A DNA stretch of 64,000 bases from Eledone cirrhosa (Eukaryota). Within the stretch, counting starts at the first letter, position 1. Each line of letters begins with the position of its first letter. This document shows, in pieces, positions 1-13,526 of this stretch. The stretch lies in assembly GCA_964016885.1 (NCBI GenBank), contig OZ024744.1:80104001-80168000 (forward strand). Reading direction: 5' to 3'. The position numbers and the translations under genes are program-made. Below the pieces are notes generated by a model. That model was not told where the DNA came from. It did not search any database and was given only the letters and a program-made list of their open reading frames with translations.

Positions 1-3000
1 ATGGCAGAAACACATACACAACTGAATACACACACACACTCCATGACAGAAACACATACACAACAGAATACACACACACACTCCATGACAGAAACACATA
101 CACAACAGAATACACACACACACTCCATGGCAGAAACACATACACAACAGAATACACACACACACACTCCATGGCAGAAACACATACACAACAGAATACA
201 CACACACACTCCATGACAGAAACACATACACAACAGAATACACACACACACTCCATGGCAGAAACACATACACAACAGAATACACACACAAACTCCATGA
301 CAGAAACACACACAACAGAATACACACACACACACTCCATGGCAGAGACACATACACAACAGAATACACACACAAACTCCATGACAGAAACACATACACA
401 ACAGAATACACACACACACACTCCATGGCAGAAACACATACACAACAGAATACACACACACTCCATGGTAGAAACACATACACAACAGAATACACACACA
501 CACTCCATGTGAGAAACAAACATACACAACAGAATACACACACACACTCCATGGCAGAAACACATACACAACAGAATACACACACACACTCCATGTGAGA
601 AACAAACATACACAACAGAATACACACACACACTCTCCATGGCAGAAACGCATACACAACAGAATACACAAACACACTCCATGTGAGAAACAAACATACA
701 CAACAGAATACACACACACACTCCATGGTAGAAACACATACACAACAGAATACACAAACACACTCCATGTGAGAAACAAACATACACAACAGAATACACA
801 CACACACTCCATGGCAGAAACACATACACAACAGAATACACACACACTCTCCATGGCAGAAACACATACACAACAGAATACACACACACACTCCATGGCA
901 GAAACACATACACAACAGAATACACACACACACTCCATGGCAGAAACACATACACAACAGAATACACACACACACTCCATGACAGAAACAAACATACAAA
1001 ACAGAATACACAAACACACTCCATGGCAGAAACACATACACAACAGAATAGACACACACACTCCATGGCAGAAACACACACAACAGAATACACACACACA
1101 CTCCATGGCAGAAACACATACACAACAGAACACACACACACACACTCCACACCATGGCAGAAACACATACACAACAGAATACACACACACACTCCATGTC
1201 AGAAACACATACAAAACAGAATACACACACACACTCCATGGCAGAAACACATACACAACAGAACACACACACACACTCCACACCATGGCAGAAACACCTA
1301 CACAACAGAATACACACACACACTCCATGGCAGAAACACATACACAACAGAATACACACACACACTCCATGGCAGAAACACATACACAACAGAATACACA
1401 CACACACTCCATGGCAGAAACACATACACAACAGAATACACACACACACTCCATGGCAGAAACACATACACAACAAAATACACACACACTCTCCATGACA
1501 GAAACACATACAAAACAGAATACACACACACTCTCCATGACAGAAACACGTACACAACAGAATACACACACTCTACATGGCAGAAACACATACACAACAG
1601 AATACACACACACTCCATGGCAGAAACACATACACAACAGAATACACACATACACTTCATGACAGAAACACATACACAACAGAATACACACACACTCCAT
1701 GGCAGAAACACATACACAACAGAATACACACACACTCTCCATGGCAGAAACACATACACAACAGAATACACACACACTCTCCATGGCAGAAACACATACA
1801 CAACAGAATACACACACACACTCCATGGCAGAAACACATACACAACAGAATACACACACACACTCCATGGCAGAAACACATACACAACAGAATACACACA
1901 CACACTCACCATGACAGAAACACAAACAACAGATTACACACACACACTCCATGACAGAAACACATACACAACAGAATACACACACACACACACCCCATGA
2001 CAGAAACACGTACACAACAGAATACACACACACACACTCCATGGCAGAAACACATACACGACAGAATACACACACACTCCATGACAGAAACACATACACA
2101 ACAGAATACACACACACACTCCATGGCAGAAACACATACACAACAGAATACACACACACTACAAGACAAACACATACACAACAGAATACACGCACACACT
2201 CCATGGCAGAAACACATACACAACAGAACACACACACACACTCCATGACAGAAACACATACACAACAGAATGCACACACACACACACACACACTCTCCAT
2301 GGCAGAAACACATACACAACAGAATACACACACACACTCCATGGAAGAAACATATACACAACAGAATACACACACACTCTCCATGACAGAAACACATACA
2401 CAACAGAATACACACACACTCTCCATGGCAGAAACACATACACAACAGAATACACACATACACTCCATGACAGAAACACATACACAACAGAATACACACA
2501 CACACTCCATGGCAGAAACACATACACAACAGAATACACACACACTCCATGGCAGAAACACATACACAACAGAATACACACACACACTCCATGGCAGAAA
2601 CACATACACAACAGAATACACACACACACACTCCATGACAGAAACACATACACAACAGAATACACACACACACTCCATGGCAGAAACACGTACACAACAG
2701 AATACACACACACACTCCATGACAGAAACACATACACAACAGAATACACACACACTCTCCATGGCAGAAACACATACACAACAGAATACACACACACTCT
2801 CCATGACAGAAACACATACACAACAGAATACACACACACACTCCATAACAGAAACACATACACAACAGAATACACACACACACACTCCATGACAGAAACA
2901 CATACACAACAGAATTCACACACACACTCCATGACAGAAACACATACACAACAGAATACACACACTCCATGACAGAAACACATACACAACAGAAACACAT

Positions 3001-6000
3001 ACACAACAGAATACACACACACACACTCTCCATGGCAGAAACACATACACAACAGAATACACACACACTCTCCATGGTAGAAACACATACACAACAGAAT
3101 ACACACACACTCTACATGGCAGAAACATATACACAACAGAATACACACACACACTCCATGGCAGAAACACATACACAACAGAATACACACACACACTCCA
3201 TGGCAGAAACACATACACAACAGAATAAACACACACTCTCCATGGCAGAAACACATACACAACAGAATACACACACACACTCCATGGCAGAAACACATAC
3301 AAAACAGAATACACACACACTCCATGGCAGAAACACATACACAACAGAATACACACACACTCCATGGCAGAAACACATACACAACAGAATACACACACAC
3401 ACACACACTCCATCGCAGAAACACATACACAACAGAATACACACACACACTCCATGGCAGAAACACACACACACACCATGGCAGAAACACATACACAACA
3501 GAATACACACACACACTCCATGGCAGAAACACATACACAACAGAATACACACACACACTCCATGGCAGAAACACATACACAACAGAATACACACACACTC
3601 TCCATGGCAGAAACACATACACAGCAGAATACACACACACTCTCCATGACAGAAACACATACACAACAGAATACACACACACTCTCCATGACAGAAACAC
3701 ATACACAACAGAATACACACACTCTACATGGCAGAAACACATACACAACAGAATACACACACACTCCATGGCAGAAACACATACACAACAGAATACACAC
3801 ACACACTCCATGGAAGAAACATATACACAACAGAATACACACACACTCTCCATGGCAGAAACACATACACAACAGAATACACACACACACTCCATGACAG
3901 AAACACATACACAACAGAATACACACACACACTCCATGACAGAAACACATACACAACAGAATACACACACACTCTCCATGGTAGAAACACATACACAACA
4001 GAATACACACACACACTCCATTGCAGAAATACATACACAACAGAATACACACACACACACTCCATGGCAGAAACACATACACAACAGAATAGACACACAC
4101 ACTCCATGGCAGAAACACATACACAACAGAATACACACACACACTCCATGGCAGAAACACATACACAACAGAATACACACACACTCTCCATGGTAGAAAC
4201 ACATACACAACAGAATACACACACACACTCCATTGCAGAAACACATACACAACAGAATACACACACACACACTCCATGGCAGAAACACATACACAACAGA
4301 ATACACACACACACACTCCATGGCAGAAACACATACACAACAGAATACACACACACACACACTCCATGGCAGAAACACATACACAACAGAATACACACAC
4401 ACACTCCATGGCAGAAACACATACACAACAGAACACACACACACACTCCACACCATGGCAGAAACACATACACAACAGAATACACACACACACTCCATGG
4501 CAGAAACACATACACAACAGAATACACACACACACTCCATGGCAGAAACACATACACAACAGAATACACACACACACTCTACATGACAGAAACAAACATA
4601 CACAACAAAATACACACACACACTCCATGGGAGAAACAAACATACACAACAGAATACACACACACACTCCATGGCAGAAACACATACACAACAGAATACA
4701 CACACACACACACACACTACATGACAGAAACACATACACAACAGAATACACACACACACTACATGACAGAAACACATACACAACAGAATACACACACACA
4801 CTCCATGGCAGAAACAAACATACACAACAGAATACACACACACACTCCATGATGACAGAAACAAACATACACAACAGAATACACACACACTCCATGGCAG
4901 AAACACATACACAACAGAATACACACACACTCTCCATGGCAGAAACAAACATACACAACAGAATACACACACACACACACTCCATGGCAGAAACAAACAT
5001 ACACAACAGAATACACACACACACACTCCATGGCAGAAACAAATATACACAACAGAATACACACACACACACACACACACTCCATGGCAGAAACACATAC
5101 ACAACAGAATACACACACACTCCATGGCAGAAACACATACACAACAGAATACACACACACACTCCATGGCAGAAACACATACACAACTGAATACACACAC
5201 ACACTCCATGACAGAAACACATACACAACAGAATACACACACACACTCCATGACAGAAACACATACACAACAGAATACACACACACACTCCATGGCAGAA
5301 ACACATACACAACAGAATACACACACACACTCCATGGCAGAAACACATACACAACAGAATACACACACACACTCCATGACAGAAACACATACACAACAGA
5401 ATACACACACACACTCCATGGCAGAAACACATACACAACAGAATACACACACAAACTCCATGACAGAAACACACACAACAGAATACACACACACACACTC
5501 CATGGCAGAGACACATACACAACAGAATACACACACAAACTCCATGACAGAAACACATACACAACAGAATACACACACACACACTCCATGGCAGAAACAC
5601 ATACACAACAGAATACACACACACTCCATGGTAGAAACACATACACAACAGAATACACACACACACTCCATGTGAGAAACAAACATACACAACAGAATAC
5701 ACACACACACTCCATGGCAGAAACACATACACAACAGAATACACACACACACTCCATGTGAGAAACAAACATACACAACAGAATACACACACACACTCTC
5801 CATGGCAGAAACGCATACACAACAGAATACACAAACACACTCCATGTGAGAAACAAACATACACAACAGAATACACACACACACTCCATGGTAGAAACAC
5901 ATACACAACAGAATACACAAACACACTCCATGTGAGAAACAAACATACACAACAGAATACACACACACACTCCATGGCAGAAACACATACACAACAGAAT

Positions 6001-7220
6001 ACACACACACTCTCCATGGCAGAAACACATACACAACAGAATACACACACACACTCCATGGCAGAAACACATACACAACAGAATACACACACACACTCCA
6101 TGGCAGAAACACATACACAACAGAATACACACACGCACTCCATGACAGAAACAAACATACAAAACAGAATACACAAACACACTCCATGGCAGAAACACAT
6201 ACACAACAGAATACACACACACTCTCCATGGCAGAAACACATACACAACAGAATACACACACACACTCCATGACAGAAACAAACATACAAAACAGAATAC
6301 ACAAACACACTCCATGGCAGAAACACATACACAACAGAAAACACACACACACTCCATGGCAGAAACACATACAGAACAGAATACACACACACACTCCATG
6401 GCAGAAACACATACACAACAGCATACACACACACTCCATGGCAGAAACACATACACAACAGAATACACACACTCCATGGCAGAAACACATACACAACAGA
6501 ATACACACACAGACTCTCCATGGCAGAAACACATACACAACAGAATACACACACACACACTCCATGGCAGAAACACATACACAACAGAATACACACACAC
6601 ACACTCCATGACAGAAACACAAACAACAGAATACACACACACACACTCCATGACAGAAACAAACATACACAACAGAATACACACACACTCCATGACAGAA
6701 ACACATACACAACAGAATACACACACACTCTCCATGGCAGAAACACATACACAACAGAATACACACACACACTCCATGACAGAAACAAACATACAAAACA
6801 GAATACACAAACACACTCCATGGCAGAAACACATACACAACAGAAAACACACACACACTCCATGGCAGAAACACATACACAACAGAATACACACACACAC
6901 TCCATGGCAGAAACACATACACAACAGCATACACACACACTCCATGGCAGAAACACATACACAACAGAATACACACACACACTCCATGGCAGAAACACAT
7001 ACACAACAGAATACACACACAGACTCTCCATGGCAGAAACACATACACAACAGAATACACACACACACACTCCATGGCAGAAACACATACACAACAGAAT
7101 ACACACACACACACTCCATGACAGAAACACAAACAACAGAATACACACACACACACTCCATGACAGAAACAAACATACACAACAGAATACACACACACTC
7201 CATGACAGAAACACATACAC
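1..7220. repeat. Tandem minisatellite array, ~42-bp unit ATG(G/A)CAGAAACACATACACAACAGAAT(AC)nTCC, truncated by the window start
   Basis: Unit repeats from base 1 (ATG at 1, 43, 85...). Unit length varies in 2-bp steps through the (AC)n tract. The array decays into shorter units over ~7220-7580. All overlapping MAETHTQQ/VCVF ORFs derive from this repeat. Confidence 0.98.
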
Positions 7221-7714
7221 ATGTGCACAGCCCTAACAGAAACACACAACAGAAGACATACACACAACATATGTGGGACATTGCACTTAGATTATTAATA
7301 ACACACTACACTGACAGAAACACACATACGCATCAGAATACACACACACACACACACACACTGCCCTGGCAGAAACACACACACACCATGGCAGAAACAC
7401 ACACACACCATGGCAGAAACACACACATACACACATACACTCTATGGCAGAAACTCACTCACACACACTCCAAGGCAGAAACACATATACACATGCACAC
7501 AGCCCTAGTAGAAACACACACAACGCACGCACACACACACACACACATATATACAACATATGTGGGACACGAAGGAACTGAGGAACAATAGTTGAAGATA
7601 TCAATTTTAATCAGAAGGAATGGACCCTCTGTCAGTTTCGACAATCAGTGTTCCAGATATCCAATGGAATGCCTGCTCACGAAATTAACGTGTAAGTGGC
7701 CGAGTATTCCACAT

Positions 7715-7936
7715 TAACATTTTACCATTTACATTACTCTATATTTACTTTTATATTTTTGTGGTAAAGGTTTTATCTCATAATTATCTCACATAATATT
7801 GAATCTATGAGATTTTGATGTTATTTATTGAAAACAATACCTTAACATCAGTATGAGTGGCCAGTTACAGCCAGTTTGAACAGAAAGAAGGTGAGAGAAT
7901 ACTGGCCGGATATGGCCAGTTTAAATGCTAAAGATT
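7715..7936. mobile_element. Degenerate copy of the TTAA-flanked (piggyBac-type) MITE
   Basis: Internal sequence matches 27390-27607 (TTTACATTACTCTATAT...GTTTGAACAGAAAGAAGGTGAGAGAA...TTTAAATGCTAAAG); termini are decayed. Confidence 0.75.
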
Positions 7937-8343
7937 GAACTAGCAGGTCTATGATAAGAAAAACATTCCAGCTGCAACCATCCCTTCCTTCATATTACTT
8001 AGGTAGTCTAATACCACACACCAGCCCTGACCTGGAACCCCTGTAGGGTAAGAGGTCAACCCCAAGGCAGCTGGAGATGTGTGTGACACTGAGGCTGAAT
8101 TAAGAAAACTGGAAGTCAACTGGAGTGGAGTGGCATGAGTAGCCCAGGATCGTGTAAGATAGTGGAGGGTGGTCAATGGCTTATACTCCACAGAGGGCGA
8201 TAGAACTGAATGAATGAAGGTATGGTGTTGGTTTGAACGTGATTTAGCTGGTATAATAATAAATGTTTCTACTTTTGGCACAAGGCCAGCAATTATCCCA
8301 GTGCATTACTATTACTTTATTTTATCGACCCCTGTAACTGGTA

Positions 8344-8539
8344 TAATAATAATTGTTTCTACTTTAGGCACAAGGCCAGCAATTACCCAGTGCATTACTG
8401 GTACTTTATTTTATCGACCCCGTAAGGATGAAAGGCAAAGTCAACCTCGGCGGGATTTGAACTCAGATCGTAAAGGGACGTAACTATGCTGGAAAGCATG
8501 GCGTCCGACCCTCTACCGATACTGCCAATCCACCGCCCT
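8344..8539 (-). mobile_element. tRNA-derived SINE, abundant family A (full length), preceded by a partial copy at ~8262-8332
   Basis: Minus strand reads GGCGGTGGATTGGCAGTATCGGTAG (A-box-like), GAGTTCAAATCCC (B box), core GCCTTTCATCCTTACGGGGTCGATAAAATAAAGTACCAG and an (ATT)n tail. CTGGTATAATAATAA occurs on both sides (TSD-like). Confidence 0.9.
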
Positions 8540-9260
8540 GGTATAATAATAATAATGAAAATTATAGTGTACAGTGCTCAGGTGCACTACAACTCATCAA
8601 AGGTGCATGTATAGTACATAGAATAATGTACAAATGTCAGGAAAGTGAACAGTGTATGAGTCATGATATACACACAGATACATGCGTGCATGCATATAGA
8701 GGAGGAATATTAGGTGTAGTGTTGGCGAATTTTGAGAAACATAGAAGTTTTGAAGGATGCAATGTCCAGACAGCTAACAACTGATGCAGGTAGTTTGTTC
8801 CATGCTATTTCTAAAAGTTCAAGTAACCATGTAGAAGGATTTTTGTTGATTTCCTGGCTGATAAGTTTTATTCTTTCTCATGTCAACCTAAATGACATCA
8901 AATGTTTTATCATGTTAACCAGGTAAGACAGAAATATATAAGAATGTGTGTATTTATGAGAGAGAGAGAGAAAGAGTGAAAGACCTATTCTTCTAGTTAA
9001 ATGACTCATGAAGCAATAAGGTCAGTATCTATTTTGAGATTATATACATATATATAGTTTGTTATAACCTGGTATTGTAATAAACTAACTATTACAATAT
9101 TTTATTTATATTCAAGCAGAGAAGAAAATATATGTACCTGTGTGTGCGTGTGTGTACATGCTTGTGTGTGGGTTTGTGTGTATGTGTGTGTAATAGGTAG
9201 TAGTACTATAACAGCGTTTAAGCATAAGGGTGTATATGAAAACAAATATATATATATAAG

Positions 9261-9637
9261 TCGATGACACAGGACCGTGACCTCTGGCTTTAACAGTACT
9301 ACAGAAGACCCGACTTCCCACCGGGTACAAGCTGAAGCTGAAGCATATAGACAATATGCCCCCACTCCCTCCCACTGTAAAGTAGTCGTGGAGGTGCCCA
9401 CGGCAAAAAAGCACCCAGACCAGACTGTACAGTGTTTGTGTAGGCACCACAGTAAAAAGGTACCCAGTACTCACTGTAAACGAGGTTGGTATTAGGAAGG
9501 GCATCCAGCTGTAGAAATCAAGCCAAAATCAGTTCTGTATGAGCAAGACATGGTCACCTGACCTAGCACTGCCCACAACAGGACAACCCGTCTAACCCAT
9601 GCTAGCATGGAAGAATGGACGTAAAACGGTGATGATA
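9261..9637 (+). mobile_element. 5'-truncated 3' fragment of the RTE LINE family of 19637-23053
   Basis: Colinear with ~22680-23045: ORF end, 3' UTR, and GGACGTAAAACGGTGATGAT tail. Confidence 0.92.
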
Positions 9638-10047
9638 TATTTTAAGTTTAAATACAATAAACATACGAGTAGCCATGCTATCAAAGAAAAATATTTCTTT
9701 GCTACAAAATATTTTATTTTTCTCTATTTTCATCTGTGAATATATCACAGAGGTCCCCAATACATTTATAATGTCAGACAATGCTGTTTCAAGATTCGCT
9801 AATCTATCATCAGTGACACTGACACAACATGTACTCTTTCTTCCTCACTTTTCATTGCATTACCACCTTTGTTTGTTTACAGTCTCGCTCGTTCCCTTTA
9901 TTTAGCCGTTGCTCGCACCAACCGGAGGTATATGGTCTTTAAAGCGATGAAATACCAATGAAGGTTGGAAGATCACTGATGAAGGACTAACTTTATTCAT
10001 ATGTAACCCATTTGCAACCACACAGCACGTTTGTTTTCATATTCACA

Positions 10048-10470
10048 AATAATATAATATATATATAATATAATATATATATAATATAATATATATATAA
10101 TATAATATATATATAATATAATATATATATAATATAATATATATATAATATAATATATATATAATATAATATAATATATATATAATATAATATATATATA
10201 ATATAATATATATATAATATAATATAATATATATATAATATAATATATATATAATATAATATATATATAATATAATATATAATATAATATAATATATATA
10301 TAATATAATATATAATATAATATATATATAATATAATATATATAATATATATATATAATATATATAATATATATATAATATATATAATATATATATAATA
10401 TATATATAATATATATATAATATATATAATATATATATAATATATATATAATATATATAATATATAATAT
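10048..10470. repeat. (TA)n/(TAA) compound microsatellite
   Basis: Pure A/T low-complexity sequence. Confidence 0.97.
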
Positions 10471-10835
10471 ATCATCATCATCATCATCATCATCGTTTAA
10501 CGTCCGTGTTCCATGCTTGCATGGGTTTGGACGGGAGTTTTCCCACTTGAGGCAAGAGTGGTTGTCTTGCTCGCATAGGACTGTCTGGCGGGTTTTCTAC
10601 AGTTGGATGCCCTTCCTAACACCAACCACATTTACAGTGTGGGGCTGGGAGGTTTTTACCGTGTTGCCTACACGGCCACATTACAGCGTGGACTGTCTGG
10701 CAGGTTTTCTACAGCTGGATGCCCTTCCTAAAACCAACCACATTTACAGTGTGGGACTGGGAGGTTTTTACCGTGTTGCCTACACGGTCACATTACAGCG
10801 TGGACTGTGTGGGGTTTTTTGTCGTGACACCTACA
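10471..10835 (-). mobile_element. RTE-tailed retroposon fragment (RTE 3' UTR or RTE-dependent SINE) with an internal duplication
   Basis: (ATC)n tail then GTTTAACGTCCGTGTTCCATGC, the reverse complement of the RTE 3' end. Two copies of TTTCTACAG(T/C)TGGATGCCCTTCCTAA...CCAACCAC. Confidence 0.8.
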
Positions 10836-11491
10836 CGATCTCATTTGTTTCGGCCTGGATTTTGTGGCACCAACATAACTTTACATTGAAAAAGGCGGTG
10901 TGGATGGGGTGGGGGTGGTGGGACGGGGGTGTATTTTGTTAGAGATGCCTACTGACTGTAGTAGGTTTTATATATATAATATATATATATATATAATATA
11001 TATAATATATATATATAATATATATAATATATATATAATATATATATATAATATATATATATAATATATATATATAATATATATATAATATATATAATAT
11101 ATATATATAATATATATATATAATATATATATATAATATATATATATAATATATATAATATATATATATAATATATATATATATATATAATATATATATA
11201 ATATATATAATATATATATAATATATATATATAATATATATATAATATATAATATAATATATATATATAATATATATATAATATCTATATATATATAATA
11301 TATATATAATATATATATATATAATATATATATAATATATATATATAATATATATATAATATCTATATATATATAATATATATATAATATCTATATATAA
11401 TATATATATAATATCTATATAATATCTATATATATATAATATATATATAATATATATATATATAATATCTATATAATATCTATATATATAT

Positions 11492-11522
<31 letters not shown>

Positions 11523-11524
<2 letters not shown>

Positions 11525-11700
11525 ATTGTTTCTACTTTAGGCACAAGGCCAGCAATTATCCAGTGCATTACTGGTACTTTATTTTATCGACCCCGTAAGG
11601 ATGAAAGGCAAAGTCAACCTCGGCGGGATTTGAACTCAGATCATAAAGGGACGTAACTATTCTGGAAAGCATGGCGTCCGACCCTCTACCGATACTGCCA
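11523..11700 (-). mobile_element. SINE family A copy inserted in the (TA)n array
   Basis: Near-identical to 8350-8530. Confidence 0.92.
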
Positions 11701-12052
11701 ATATATATATAATATATATATATATAATATATAATATATATATATATATAATATATATATATATATAATATATATATATAATATATATATAAAATATATA
11801 TAATATATATATATATTATATATATATATAATATATTATATATATATATAATTTATATATTATATATATATATATAATTTATATATTATATATATAATAT
11901 ATATAATTTATATATTATATATATAATATATATTATATATAATATATATATATATATATAATTTATATATTATATATATAATATATATTATATATAATAT
12001 ATATATATATATTATGTATAATATATATAATATATATATATATATAATATAT

Positions 12053-12084
<32 letters not shown>

Positions 12085-12093
12085 ATATATATA

Positions 12094-12136
<43 letters not shown>

Positions 12137-12193
12137 TAATATATATAATATATATATAATATATATAATATATATAATATATATTATATATAT

Positions 12194-12508
12194 ATCTATC
12201 TATCTATCTAAGGCGGGTAAAATTCCCCGAGATCCATGGACGAGTTCTCTCCAGCGGTCTCTGTCCCTCATTATCGCTGCCATATCCTGCATCTCCAACA
12301 GACCAGTGTCTGTCCTTAGGACATCAACATATATGAAAAACTCAGAGCTGTATGGGAGCATCCCAAAAGTCAGCTCAAAAGTGACACAGAGGAGACTGAG
12401 GTTGGCTGGACATGCTCACCAACATCCAGAGTTGACATTGCACTCAGTGCTCCTTTGGGAGCCCCTACATGGACACACTAGAAGAGGAAGACCAAGGTTA
12501 ACATATAT
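12194..12508 (-). mobile_element. Short RTE-like LINE insertion with a 5' inversion and a (TAGA)n tail
   Basis: Minus strand ~12333-12194 encodes YVDVLRTDTGLLEMQDMAAIMRDRDRWREL and ends in (TAGA)n. Plus strand ~12333-12508 encodes the immediately upstream part, MKNSELYG...RRLRLAGH...LLWEPLHGHTRRGRPRLTY. Confidence 0.82.
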
Positions 12509-13526
12509 ATATATTGTATATAATATATATATATATATCATATATAATATATATAATATATAATATATATATATATTAGATAATATATATATATATTATA
12601 TATAATATATATATATAAAATATATATATAATATATATATATAATATAATATATATATATTATATATAATATATATAAATATATATAATATATATAATAT
12701 ATATAATATATATATAATATATATATAATATAATATATATAATATATAATATATATATATATTATATAATATATATATATATTATATATAATATATATAA
12801 TATATATATAATATATATATATAATATAATATATATAATATATATATATTATATATAATATAATATAATATATATATATATTATATATAATATATATATA
12901 TAATATAATATATATATATATAATATAATATAATATATATATATATAATATTATATATAATATAATATATATATATAATATATATATATAATATAATATA
13001 ATATATATATATATAATATTATATATAATATAATATATATATATAATATTATATATAATATATATATATATAATATATATAATATATATATAATATGATA
13101 TATATAATATAATATATACTATATATAATATAATATATAATATAATATATATAATATATATAATATAATATATATAATATAATATATAATATATATAATA
13201 TAATATATAATATATATAATATAATATATAATATATATAATATATATAATATAATATATATATATTATATATAATATATATAATATAATATATATATATT
13301 ATATATAATATATATAATATAATATATATATATTATATATAATATATATATATATATATAATAAATATATATTATATATATATATTATATATAATAAATA
13401 TATATTATATATATATATTATATATAATATATATATATAATATATATATAATATATATAATATATATATATATATTATATATAATATATATATATTATAT
13501 ATATAATATATATATAATATATATAA

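Noticed and set aside
1-7220. CRISPR-like regular repeat or telomeric array
   Set aside because: There are no unique spacers and no cas genes, the context is eukaryotic, and no TTAGGG-type motif is present.
2159-7281. Very long Cys/Val-rich ORFs (up to 1703 aa) and His/Thr-rich ORFs on the opposite strand
   Set aside because: The 42-bp repeat lacks stop codons in most frames on both strands, and frames switch at every (AC)n slip. There is no evidence of coding constraint.
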